DNA of 64,000 nucleotides from positions 124,001 through 188,000 of the forward strand of contig JAQGDQ010000371.1 in assembly GCA_030141605.1 (NCBI GenBank), written 5' to 3'. This document shows, piece after piece, positions 53,064 through 64,000 of this stretch (position 1 is its first letter; the number at the start of each line of letters is the position of its first letter). The notes beneath the pieces are model-generated. The model searched no databases and was not told where the DNA came from. It saw only the letters and a program-made list of their open reading frames with translations. This stretch comes from Tubiluchus corallicola (Eukaryota; Animalia; Priapulida). Position numbers and translations under genes: made by a program.

Positions 53064-53596
53064 CCCAATCACGTTGAAAACACCGGTTCTCGCCTGATCA
53101 CCGAAGTTAAGCAACATAGAGCCTGGTTAGTACTTGGATGGGTGACCGCCTAGGAATACCAGGTGCTGTAGGCTTGCGGGATGCCCACACTGTATCTCGA
53201 CACTAGGCGGAGGTGCTGCACAAGCAGCCAACGGCTACAGGGCAGAGGAGGTCAAGTGACCCAACGGCCATGTGTAGAGGAGTAAACCTTCCAAATCAGG
53301 AGTGGAGCTCCGAAGGCGGACCAGTGCAGCATGCTCACTGACTGCTGCAGCCAACCTGGTGCCAAACGTATCGCTCCGCTTTCCTTTGGACTACACCAGT
53401 GAGGAAGAGAGGGGGTTCCTGTTGTCTGGGCAACTCAGGATCTACATACACCTTGCCCAGGCGTGTGCCCTGGAGACGTTCAAGGATCGGACTGCTCAGC
53501 CACAGTCGACGCTGCAGCTCCATCAATGTGATCAATAACTGACTCTCTTGGCGCACACTCCATTGTCTTCCGAGACAGAAGGATGCCAACCAACCA
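53064..53596 (+). mobile_element. 5S-rRNA-headed SINE (SINE3 type) with a GC-rich RTE-like body and (CCAA)n tail
   Basis: Near-perfect 5S sequence 53068-53175, no oligo-T terminator, ~420-bp body, (CCAA)3 tail, 7-bp TSD ACACTGT at 53057-53063 and 53597-53603. Confidence 0.85.
53068..53175 (+). rRNA. 5S rRNA-derived sequence (5'-truncated by about 12 nt; SINE head rather than a functional gene)
   Basis: ATCACGTTGAAAACACCGGTTCTCG...AGTTAAGCAAC...TTAGTACTTGGATGGGTGACCGCC...GTGCTGTAGGCTT with intact box A, IE and box C. Confidence 0.8.
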
Positions 53597-53909
53597 ACAC
53601 TGTAATTCATCCAGCAGTAGCAATCATAGATACTGAAATCGTGATTACAGATACTTACTTGATTATCCATTTTATGTTATTGACATTTACAAATTATTAA
53701 CTTTCTGTGTCACATCAACGAGTTTTGAAGCAGGTAGATGCTTATTTATTCACAGTATTACCTGCTGTTTTTTATTGATAAGCTTTTTAATCGTTGTTGC
53801 AAGTTTTGCTTTTAGCTATTCTGTAGTTTATTTTTTCGTTCCAGTGTCACCAGATGAAGACACGAATTTTGCGGAAATGTCGTGAATAAATAGTTTATAC
53901 TCCCTACCT

Positions 53910-54411
53910 CAGGGATGTGCAAATTATGTATCTAGCCGGGCCACATTAAACTTTCCCCGCAATTCCTGCGGGTCGCATGCAGTTTGGTCAAGGAGCCAAG
54001 TACAGTAGGACCTAATAACGATTTTTTTTGCATCCGACCTGCGTACATCATTACTACTACACTCAAGAAACTATTTTAGAAGTTATTAAAATTTATTTTA
54101 CAAACCACATATTTCTACTTTCAGGACAGATAGTGGTAATTTCATTACAATGCATATTAGTAATGTGTATCACACAGTCTGTGTAGTACAGTGACATTAA
54201 GCTACAACCGTCTTGTAAGGGTTAATGGCATCCGATCTAGTAGAAAAAACTACCCGCACTATCTTTGGGATCGTGGCACGGACTTCAGCTGGATACACTC
54301 AATTAATCGCCCGGGCCGCACTTTCATTAGGTTGACAAATCTCTTCGCGGGCCGCACAAATTCTTTCGGCGGGCCGCAAGTGGCCCGCGGGCCGCAATTT
54401 GCACACCCCTG
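53910..54411. mobile_element. hAT (Charlie-like) MITE
   Basis: TIRs CAGGGATGTGCAAATT / AATTTGCACACCCCTG, subterminal GCGGGCCGCA repeats, perfect 8-bp TSD CCCTACCT. Confidence 0.93.
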
Positions 54412-54748
54412 CCCTACCTGCTTCAAAATTTGTTGGTGTGACATAAAGAGTTATTAATAAGATTCCTACTTAGCATATGAAAAAATATTTATTTTTGCAG
54501 TACGTATGCTGATCGTGATAAAGGTTTAGTCAAAGCGGAAACTTCGGGTTTAACTCCCAGTTTTGAATGAAGATCTCTGATTGTGGTCTTTTCACAAAGA
54601 CCTACAAACTTGGTGTTGTAGTTTGTAGCTAAGACTTAAGTTTCCTTTCTACTAATGCAAAAGTTTGCAAACCAAAACTGCATATATTTACCAGGCTTCG
54701 AACGTTCTCTTCCTCTTTCGTTTTTATCCTTGTCTACTCATTTTTTAG

Positions 54749-54950
54749 TCATGTTTGGATCGTAGACAGCGTGAGGCTCTCTACGACTATCGTCAGCAGG
54801 TGACTTCATGTCGACAGGCTGAGATGCAAAGTGAAATAAGAAAGGCACTACTCGATGCTGTAGAAGACCAGCCGATGAACAGAAATGTTGTGCAGATGTT
54901 TCGAGTCCGAATAGGCGGCACACACGAACAAGATCAAAAGAGACAGTTTA
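54749..54950 (+). CDS. BRCA2: BRCA2 tower/OB2 exon (SCLDRRQREALYDYRQ...RNVVQMFRVRI)
   Basis: Matches human SEEQLRALNNHRQ...KQAQIQLEIRKA...RDVTTVWKLRI. Confidence 0.93.
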
Positions 54951-56536
54951 GTAAGTATTCACAGTGAGGTAATTGAAGTGCCATGTATGTTAAAGCAAGA
55001 CAAGATGATTTTTTATATACTGCCCCATTTTCAAGTTCGATGAAAAGTATGCATTTTAACATGATTAATACTGCAATAGCGTTTCTGATAACTAAATCAT
55101 AGATTAAAAACTTAATTGACGGCAGGCTAGCTCGACTATTGATGACATCACAAACTAACATAATTTTCAGCAGCAAAAATATTCCACCTGCGTGTTGCAC
55201 GTGTTTGTGAAAGTGAAAATTGAATTACAGTGCAACTGTAAAATATTCAGTGTATTGTACTAAAACTAGGCATGTTTTAAGGTAAAAATTCAAATTTGAA
55301 ATTTACGGCTGTGCTGATGTCATGCATGCGCTGTCGAACGTGCGTAGTTCGTCAAAAACGAACACATCTGAACGGAGAGGTACAGCACCTGTTTTTTGCG
55401 CAGTGTGTTTCCAAAATGGAAGCACTAGTGCCCGTCTAACTAGCGAATGGCGAAATGCATGTAACAGCGAAGAAATAGTGGCGCGAACCCAAAATTGTGT
55501 TTGTGTGGTAATAATTCTTTTACGTAAGTCATTTTTGAAAAAATAGTGTGTTCCCTAAAGAGTAGATTGTTTTGACGTAGAGTTTAAAGATTGAGTCCGG
55601 TTTTGCTTTAAATATTTCAAATTAAGATTTTGTAAAATGAGCTAAAACCATTCCTTTGAAATCTGTGCAAAGTGTTAATGATTTTAGTTAACCTTAGCTC
55701 ACACAGATATCCTCCATATAGCTTTTTATCTAGTTCCTCAATTATAGTAATTTACATAAAAGAACAAACAGAATTTATTCTATTCTCAAATTTTTGACTT
55801 CCATACTGGCGATCGTTCTAACAGATTCTGACAGAATTAGAATTGTCAGGCATGTGATTGATTTGTTTCCATTTAAGTCTTTATCGCAAACTCTGGGTTC
55901 ATAAATACAAAAATACATTCAGGACAAAAGCGTTGTCTAAGATGAGCTATTGAATAAGCAGAGGAGTCGCAGCCATGTTGCGATGTAAATAAATCATTCC
56001 TCTGCCGTTTACGTACAATATTTACGAATGGTGCAGCGCAAAGCATGTTACATACAACAGTTATAAATAATGAACGCATTACAGAAGTTCTATGCATTTC
56101 TTTCTAATGGAGGAAGTAAAAAATGCATCACATTCACTTAAGTTCTTACAAATATCATTCTCCCTAATAGCAACTCTATATAGCAAAGACTAAGTGCAAC
56201 CTTTCTATTGATAGCATCGAAGTATCTAATATTGAGATTTGTTCTAATGTTTCTAGTGCTATTATCGTAACAATATTTAAAAAAATTTCTACTAGAGATT
56301 TTATTGCCAACTTTTAATTTCCTCAGATATATAAATTTGTAGTAGGCTGCAGTAGGAATTAAAAATATGTATTTTTATATGTATCACCACTATGTATAGC
56401 CATACAATCAAAAAATAGCATGTACTAAGTATTACTGTGTTATTTACAAGTAGTGTTTTGGTACATAATTCCATCGTTCAGTTTAACCTTCGCCAACGTC
56501 CAACAATCAGGCTCTCTTGAAACCTCAACAACAATA

Positions 56537-57484
56537 TCAAGTTTGAATTATTTGTGGTCTGTCAGGACAGACGTGAAAGATGTTCATCAGTGCTGTGCGA
56601 TAATGCTGAAACTTCCACACGTGTATGATCGGATTTGCCAGAAAATGCAACACACGCGTTAGGTAGCCGATGCGCCTTAAATTGTTTGCTTCGATGCTCC
56701 CTGAAATTATGTAGTCAATTGTACCGGGCAAAGTAATAAAGTATATCCCACTGACAACAAAAAATGCCTTTGCCACTTTGAAGTTTTTCTTCAAAGAGTT
56801 TGAGTTTTGATTCAAAGTGGTATCGATTGCTCGCCGATGGCGACACATCACAGCAAAGATTTTTGCATACAAAACTGCTATAAGTATGCCAACACAAAAA
56901 AATAAACTAGGATGCAGAAATCGTTTTTTCATTTTAAGGTGTCGTTGAAATTTTTCACTAAAATGTTTAGTTGATGTCCAGTCAGCATTAAAAACTTCAG
57001 CATACAGAATGAACGCTTGAAGTGTAGACAGAAACCATATGATAAGTGATGCTACTAAAACACGTTTGCTCGTAACTATCATTTCGTAGCGCAGAGGTTT
57101 CACTATAGAAATAAATCTGTCTATGGTTATAGTGAGTAGCAATAATGGCTCACTCATGTCTGCTACTGAGACAATAAAATATGCCATAATGTATGGCCCT
57201 GGCACAGAAACCTTCGTCTTGGCGAGAGTTGTTATTAACTGGCTGCTGGAAGTCATAAAGACGCCCGTCAGTGCCAAACTTACAACCAGCCAATTAGTCG
57301 GCGTATGCAGTCTCTTGGTCTTACAAACCAGCAATATCACTAAAACATTTGCAAATTGTGTTATAACTAACATAATTATCATTAAGCTTTGAAAAGCAGG
57401 TTTGCTAGACAATAGCTTGTCTGGATTAGCTGCGTTACTGATATCACCGGTGTTGTTATTAGTAGAATTTAGTGCAAACTCCAT
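56537..57484 (-). CDS. Intronless rhodopsin-like (class A) GPCR, 315 aa, nested antisense in a BRCA2 intron
   Basis: Seven hydrophobic segments; N-glycosylation sites in the N-terminus; TM1 ANVLV, IL1 LHTPTN, TM3 ITIDRFISIVKPLRY, TM4 W, TM5 LY.KIF, TM7 ANPIIH, helix-8 YR.AL. Confidence 0.93.
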   Translation of the reverse strand: MEFALNSTNNNTGDISNAANPDKLLSSKPAFQSLMIIMLVITQFANVLVILLVCKTKRLHTPTNWLVVSLALTGVFMTSSSQLITTLAKTKVSVPGPYIMAYFIVSVADMSEPLLLLTITIDRFISIVKPLRYEMIVTSKRVLVASLIIWFLSTLQAFILYAEVFNADWTSTKHFSEKFQRHLKMKKRFLHPSLFFCVGILIAVLYAKIFAVMCRHRRAIDTTLNQNSNSLKKNFKVAKAFFVVSGIYFITLPGTIDYIISGSIEANNLRRIGYLTRVLHFLANPIIHVWKFQHYRTALMNIFHVCPDRPQIIQT

Positions 57485-57651
57485 GGCAAATTTGTGTCAG
57501 TACTATTCAAGGTAATGAACCCTTCAGTTGCCTGTTAACAGTTTGTACAAGCAGAATCCATTGCTGCTTTTATGAGGCTGGTTGAAGGGCAAATATAAAA
57601 AGGGGTGCCGTAGTTTTCTTTAAAAGGACAAAATCTATTGGTTGTGTTTTT

Positions 57652-57858
57652 GTGTAAGCTGATGCCTGCCTTCGAGGTGTTTCAGTTTGAATAAGTTGTA
57701 AAAAAATGTAGTTTTCATCTTTCAAATCTTTCAACATACAATAGAAATTCTATTGGCTTTGTCTTCGTGTAAGCCGATGCCTGCCTTCGAGGTGTTTTAG
57801 TTTGAATAAGTTGCAAAACAATATGCTTTTCATCTTCTTTCAAACCTTTCAACATACG
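57652..57858. repeat. ~115-bp tandem duplication upstream of the GPCR
   Basis: GTGTAAGC(T/C)GATGCCTGCCTTCGAGGTGTTT...CTTTCAACATAC occurs twice. Confidence 0.85.
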
Positions 57859-58203
57859 TTCATTTTAATCTGTGGTAAAAGCTCTTTCTGTTGTCTGACT
57901 GTTTTGTAATCAACGAAGGCAATTGTTGTTACCTGTTGCAATTTTCTGTCGTGTCTTGATTATAATTTTACTGAAATCACTGCATTCTATTATTGCTCTT
58001 TTCTTCTAAACGATGACACTTAAAGCAAGTTGTTTTGAGATGAATGCAGCACCTTGACATGTAATTTGATTTGGTAAAATTTTGTATCTGCCGATGCTCA
58101 GTAAAAACAGCACAGCAGGAGGCTAGGCAACATTATTAACTCTGCAACGACATAATTTATTAAGTGTGTTTGATAACCACTGCTTAGTTATTTCTTCCCT
58201 GTA

Positions 58204-58661
58204 CAGTGTTCCCTCACTTATCGCGGGTGTTTCGTTCCAACCCCACCCACGATAAGTGAATTTCGGCGAAGTAGGCAAGTAGACAATCTCACGTCGGCAA
58301 GTAGCATTTCAAGCGGGCGCAAGTACTACATTTCATTTCTGGTGTGTATTCATCCGCCGAATAAATACACTATTTACTGTAAATGGTAATTTTTTATGAT
58401 TTATAATATTCTTTTAATGTTAGAATTAATATTTTTAATATATTTTTAGACATTCTGTGATTTTTTTTATGCGAAATTTATCAAATCTATACATTACTGT
58501 ACAAATCGTACAACGCATGTGCAAAAATACTTGAGACGGAGTACCGCAAAAACCCGCAAAACAGCGAAAATATTGCGATAAATATTTACATTAATATTTT
58601 TGAAAACCCGCGAAACAGCGAATCTGCAATAAACAAACCGCGAAGTAGCGAGGGAACAATG
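58204..58661. mobile_element. Tc1/mariner-pogo (Tigger-like) MITE, second copy
   Basis: TA-flanked CAGTGTTCCCTC / GAGGGAACAATG; homologous to 15663-16204 with an internal deletion. Confidence 0.9.
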
Positions 58662-59475
58662 TAATAAAAACTAATATTCAACAGTTTTTGCTTCAATATC
58701 TACTACACATATCTGTTAAAATCTAGGAAATTTAAATTCTCCAACATTTGATCAATTTAATCAATAAAAATTTAATCAATATTTAATCAATAAAAATTGA
58801 TTATTCCCTATCTATATTGATCATCACAAAATTTAATCTGTTTTCCATTGATCCACAGTTTCTCATCAAGTTTCATTCAAATTTATTTGCACGAGATATT
58901 GAGCTGTCTTGCAAAGAAGTGGACTCTTTTTTAGCTGACCAGTAATAGCTGATCTATGTGAATAATAGTTGACCAGTAATAAACATGAGCCAATTTCTTC
59001 ACCATTTTTTCAGCTAATGAGCATTAAGATTTTGGCAAGACTTTGTTGTTCCACAGCTCAGCTCTTACTAAATATAGTTGAAATCTATCCACTACTTTTG
59101 CAGACCCAACGTGATTAAACAAACAAAAAACATACAAAAAAACAAACATAGTAACAATGACATCAGAAATTTGGCAGTGAGAATTATTATAAGTTTGTTA
59201 CTCCACCGAGATGAAAAACTAAGTTATGTAGATAATTGTAAAATATTTGATTGTGTACAGTTGTTAATCACTGAATCCGAGACGTTTTAAATAATCAATT
59301 GATTAATTTATGTAGTGAAGATGCATGTTTAATCAGCAACAAACAAGTTTAATGCACAGACTAAATGTTCATCATTTGCTTTAGTGTCTACTTACACCAG
59401 GTAACTATAATAGCGTTGTAAATATTGTTTATATATATTTATGTATTGCTACTAACAGTTGTTAGACTTACTAAG

Positions 59476-60373
59476 CAGTGAGTGCCCACTCATAAGTTGT
59501 TAAAAACGGTGAGTGCCCGCTCATAAGTTGTTAAAAACAGTGAGTGCCCGCTCATAAGTTGTTAAAAACAGTGAGTGCCCGCTCATAAGTTGTTAAAAAC
59601 AGTGAGTGCCCGCTCATAAGTTGTTAAAAACAGTGAGTGCCCACTCATTAGTTGTTAAAAGCAGTGAGTGCCCGCTCATAAGTTGTTAAAAACAGTGAGT
59701 GCCCACTCATAAGTCGTTAAAAACAGTGAGTGCCCGCTCATAAGTTGTTAAAAACAGTGAGTGCCCGCTCATAAGTCGATAAAAACATTGAGTGCCCCCT
59801 CATAAGTTGTTAAAAACAGTGAGTGCCCGCTCATAAGTTGTTAAAAACAGTGAGTGCCCACTCATTAGTTGTTAAAAGCAGTGAGTGCCCGCTCATAAGT
59901 TGTTAAAAACAGTGAGTGCCCACTCATAAGTCGATAAAAACAGTGAGTGCCCGCTCATTAGTTGTTAAAAACAGTGAGTGCCCGCTCATTAGTTGTTAAA
60001 AACAGTGAGTGCCCACTCATTAGTTGTTAAAAACAGTGAGTGCCCACTCATAAGTCGATAAAAACAGTGAGTGCCCGCTCATTAGTTGTTAAAAACAGTG
60101 AGTGCCCACTCATAAGTTGTTAAAAACAGTGAGTGCCCGCTCATAAGTTGTTAAAAACAGTGAGTGCCCGCTCATTAGTTGTTAAAAACAGTGAGTGCCC
60201 GCTCATAAGTTGTTAAAAACAGTGAGTGCCCGCTCATAAGTTGTTAAAAACAGTGAGTGCCCGCTCATTAGTTGTTAAAAGCAGTGAGTGCCCGCTGATA
60301 AGTTGTTAAAAACAGTGAGTGCCCACTCATTAGTTGTTAAAAACAGTGAGTGCCCACGCATAAGTTGTTAAAA
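59476..60373. repeat. 31-bp tandem minisatellite, about 29 copies
   Basis: Unit CAGTGAGTGCCC(G/A)CTCATAAGTTGTTAAAAA with internal hairpin TGAGTG-CC-CACTCA. Confidence 0.97.
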
Positions 60374-62038
60374 CTTTCTGGTTCAAACCGCGTAATAAAA
60401 TTATGCTTAAATTAATTAAAATTAAACAGACAAACAGGCAACGTTATTTCGACACAAGCAAATCTCCAGGAAAAACACAATGCGACTTTTGTAATGCATG
60501 ATAGATACATCAAGATCATTTCATTGTTTAAGTTCTAATAAGTAATTGTTTGAGCTTCTAATACAATAGCTTATTGTAGACTGTTGCTTTTCATTGCACC
60601 CGGAAGGATGCGCTTATACAGTGCAGTAAAGTCCGCTGCTCATCTTCTGCTGACAGAATGTTTAAATAATATTAACTCAACAAACCCTGCTCTTAATAAA
60701 TCCATTTATTAGATACATCAACACGCAATATTTAATTGGCAAATTAATTGCTTTCAAAGCAAATATAGTCAGCATAAAACATCTTTGGGAAGATTAATTC
60801 CTGGCTAATTAATTTTAATAACAATCCGGCGAATTGTGCCGTCGAGAGTTTCTCTTAATATTTACTTTTCAGGATTGCCTTTTTAATGCAGATTAGATTA
60901 AGTTTGAAAACATAATTCTCTCTCTAGGACACCAGATTAACCTAATAGAAGATGATTCCGTCTTTGGTCTATTCCAGTGGTGTTTGATTTTCAGAAAGTA
61001 TTAGTCAGTGAACTTGGAATGTTTGTTCACAATTTTCAAGTAGAGTTTACATTTAGTTTAAACCTGTTCAACTGCTGTATAAAGAAGATTCGTTTCTTTA
61101 TTTGCCATGCTTATTCATAGGTGTTTACATAATCCATTTAAGATATCCAGTTTTGAATTGCGCTACTGTAATATTTACAAAATAATCTTGTTCTCTTGCA
61201 ATGCTTGTTTACAGGAAAAGCATTTAAGTCTGGATACTAGAATTTCAAACAGTAAAAACTTGTTACGTAGAACCATATTCGGTAGTGATACTTTATTTAC
61301 TTCCAGTATAAGAAAGATTTGGAGAACGAAATTGTATGCTTAATTTTTTACATTGCTGATATTCATTGATATAATGATTGAAGCCAATGCGAAATGTTAT
61401 TATTATTATTAATTTTTGTAATGTTGTTTTGTGTTGTGTTTACTTTGTGTGCTTTGTGTTGTTTATTTACTTGTATTTTTGTTGTATATATACGAACGAA
61501 AGTTTGAAATAAAGAAGTAAATCAAATCAATGTACAGTTCTAGCAGTTTTTCACATCTGTCACTTGAAAATCTGTTGCATTATTTTCAACAAAACATTTA
61601 AATTCATATTAATTAAGACATCAGATTGTAGGATAGAGAAGGCGCACTTTGTAACTTGTGCCAGGAGAAAGTAACATACTTAAGGAATTGGAATTTCATT
61701 TTAGTTTTTAAAATTTAAGATTTTTTTGTATTCAAACAAATGAGTTACGTAGGAAAAAATGAATTCTAATTACAGCGCTAAATAAGTGGTAGTATAATAC
61801 CTACAAAAAAACAATTTTTTAAACAAATAGATTTTAGCATGCCAAACATAGTTTTTTATTATTATTTTATTATTATCTATTATTTTAAGCATATCCTACC
61901 CAAATTCCTGCGCTGCTGAATTGACAGCATAACAGTTGACAGGATAGGACAGTATAGAGTGTAATTTATGCACTGTGTCTCATTTAGCTGTGTTAAACTT
62001 ACAGAACTGAGAATTTAACATGGATTTTTCTTGTTTAG

Positions 62039-62138
62039 GCTGCATGCTTACTGTATGGCGACCAAACGATGACATTGTCACCTTGTTGTCAGAAGGAAGA
62101 AGCATTCGAATCTTTTACTTGAATGCAGGACCAGCCAG
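62039..62138 (+). CDS. BRCA2: BRCA2 OB2 exon (CMLTVWRPNDDIVTLLSEGRSIRIFYL)
   Basis: Matches human [27 protein letters not shown]. Confidence 0.95.
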
Positions 62139-62917
62139 GTTTGAAAAATCAGTTTTGTTTACTTTCTTATATAGATCATTTCAGTCACTTAATAATTTAT
62201 TATAAGTGGCACAGTTCTGCTGCAGTTGTTTCATATATTTCTTGTGGCATTGGCATTATAGTAGCTGATTAGCAACTATAGTACTGCTGCTAGCAATATT
62301 TCTTATGTTGCAAGACTGTAGTCATAGTTAGTCATCATAACAATGTGTTTAGATATAGATTTATTTATTCATCCATTTAACACATGCAAAAATAAAGTTA
62401 TAAAATTACTAATTAACAATGAATTACAGTGCTATGAGCGCAGCAGAAGAAATTAACTTATAAGCTAAGCTCAACATGAATAAGACTAAATTAATGACAT
62501 AAACAACAAAAAATATGTTAAATGGAGCGAAGCAAACAGATGCGAGAAAATGATAATGACTAATTCGATGATGTTGATGAATTGATGACAACGATGGTGA
62601 TATTGATACTGATGACAATGGTGATGGTGATGACAATGATAATGAATTGATGCTAATGGTGATAATGCGTCTAATGTTGCTGTGTATCGTATAGAAAAAT
62701 TCTTTGCAGTGATAATTTTTTACTTACTACAATGTGATTATTAAATGCGTCGCTTGTAAATTTGTTATTAAAGGCATAAAAATGTAAAGTTGTTTTTCTG
62801 AGAATGCTTGTGCCTGATGCCATAAAGCACATTATCAAAAGTGAAATTTTAAACAAAAACTTTTTTGAATTATCCATATTTGGCAAATAGATGTAGCTAC
62901 ATCAAAATTGAATTTAT

Positions 62918-62956
62918 TGCCGACCGGTTTCGAACAAACTGTTAATTGTCAAGGCA
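62918..62956 (-). ncRNA. Minimal type I hammerhead-ribozyme motif (Penelope pLTR-like), U3-A8 variant; inverted second copy at 63406-63444
   Basis: Minus strand reads TGCC-TTGACAA-T-TAACA-GTT-TGTTC-GAAA-CCGG-TC-GGCA-ATAAA. Confidence 0.55.
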
Positions 62957-63164
62957 TCTAAAACAAAGGAATTTACCAGAAATTATAAACAACATCGAAA
63001 TGCAATTCAGTAGTTAGATAGCCGAAAGATATATGATATACCATTATATAGATAATTTAACAATTTACTTTGCAGATTACATATCTTGATTGGTGGGAAA
63101 CTATGCTACACTCCACAAACAAACAAACAAATATGTTAGTAATAAACAGAAGTAGTAGTTATAG

Positions 63165-63388
<224 letters not shown>

Positions 63389-63473
63389 AATTTCTTTGTT
63401 TTAGATGCCTTGACAGTGAACAGTTTGTTCGAAACCAGTCAACAATCAATTGTGGTGTAAAAAACTTTTTTAG

Positions 63474-63579
63474 GTCAAAATTCGAGAATTCAAAAATATC
63501 TCTTTCTGCTAACAAAGCTACAAGATATGAGGAGCTTCAGTATGGAGATAGTTTACATGCTGTTTACATTCCACGACAG
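63474..63579 (+). CDS. BRCA2: BRCA2 OB2/OB3-boundary exon (SKFENSKISLSANKATRYEEL...VYIPRQ); the gene continues past the window
   Basis: Matches human NIQLAATKKTQYQQL...IYQPRE; GTATGA donor; an alternative in-frame acceptor would start the exon at 63405. Confidence 0.88.
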
Positions 63580-63611
63580 GTATGATTGCTCATTTTTCAA
63601 CAACTAATAAT

Positions 63612-64000
63612 TTCGAAGGTTCGGGTACGTATTAGTCGAAGGTTCGAGCGCGTATTAGTCGAAGGTTCGGGCGCGTATTAGTCGAAGGTTCGGGCGCGTA
63701 TTAGTCGAAGGTTCGGGCGCGTATTAGTCGAAGGTTCGGGCGCGTATTAGTCGAAGGTTCGGGTATGTATTAGTCGAAGGTTCGGGCGTGTATTAGTCCA
63801 TGGTTAGGGCGCGTATTAGTCGAAGGTTCGGGCGCGTATTAGTCGAAGGTTCCGGCGCATATTAGTCGAAGGTTCGGGCGCGTATTAGTCGAAGGTTCGG
63901 GCGCGTATTAGTCGAAGGTTCGGGCGCGTATTAGTCGAAGGTTCGGGCGCGTATTAGTCGAAGGTTCGGGCGCGTATTAGTCGAAGGTTCGGGCACGTAT
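63612..64000. repeat. 23-bp CpG-rich tandem repeat, about 17 copies, runs off the window
   Basis: Unit GTATTAGTCGAAGGTTCGGGCGC. Confidence 0.97.

Noticed and set aside
53068-53175. Functional 5S rRNA gene
   Set aside because: 5' end missing, no oligo-T terminator, single copy, and enclosed with a body and tail inside a TSD, so it is better explained as a SINE head.
59476-60373. CRISPR-like appearance (31-bp palindromic repeat); likewise the 32-bp and 23-bp arrays
   Set aside because: Repeats are directly head-to-tail with no unique spacers, there are no cas genes, and the context is a eukaryotic intron.

Overview
AT-rich invertebrate-animal (metazoan, eukaryotic) genomic DNA with spliceosomal introns; the species cannot be determined from the sequence. 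Genes: a complete 5-exon prefoldin subunit 5 gene (PFDN5, +, 9592-20217, 158 aa, with a probable U12-type intron); a single-coding-exon LRAT/NC-domain gene (+, 24974-25582); a large BRCA2 gene (+, about 30761 to beyond the window end, 16 coding exons reconstructed in one continuous frame, about 2770 codons so far) whose giant exon carries 7 dispersed BRC repeats plus a homogenised tandem array of 12-13 short 31-aa BRC-like units; and an intronless class A GPCR nested antisense in a BRCA2 intron (-, 56537-57484). Introns and intergenic DNA hold many minisatellite arrays (units of 84, 66, 66, ~125, 50, 32, 31 and 23 bp), hAT- and Tc1/pogo-type MITEs, tRNA-headed SINEs, a 5S-rRNA-headed SINE with a target-site duplication, LINE 3' fragments, a ~420-bp-arm foldback and minimal hammerhead-ribozyme motifs of the Penelope type. 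Most long ORFs in the supplied track outside these genes are artefacts of tandem repeats. All comparisons with known families are from memory; no database search was run.
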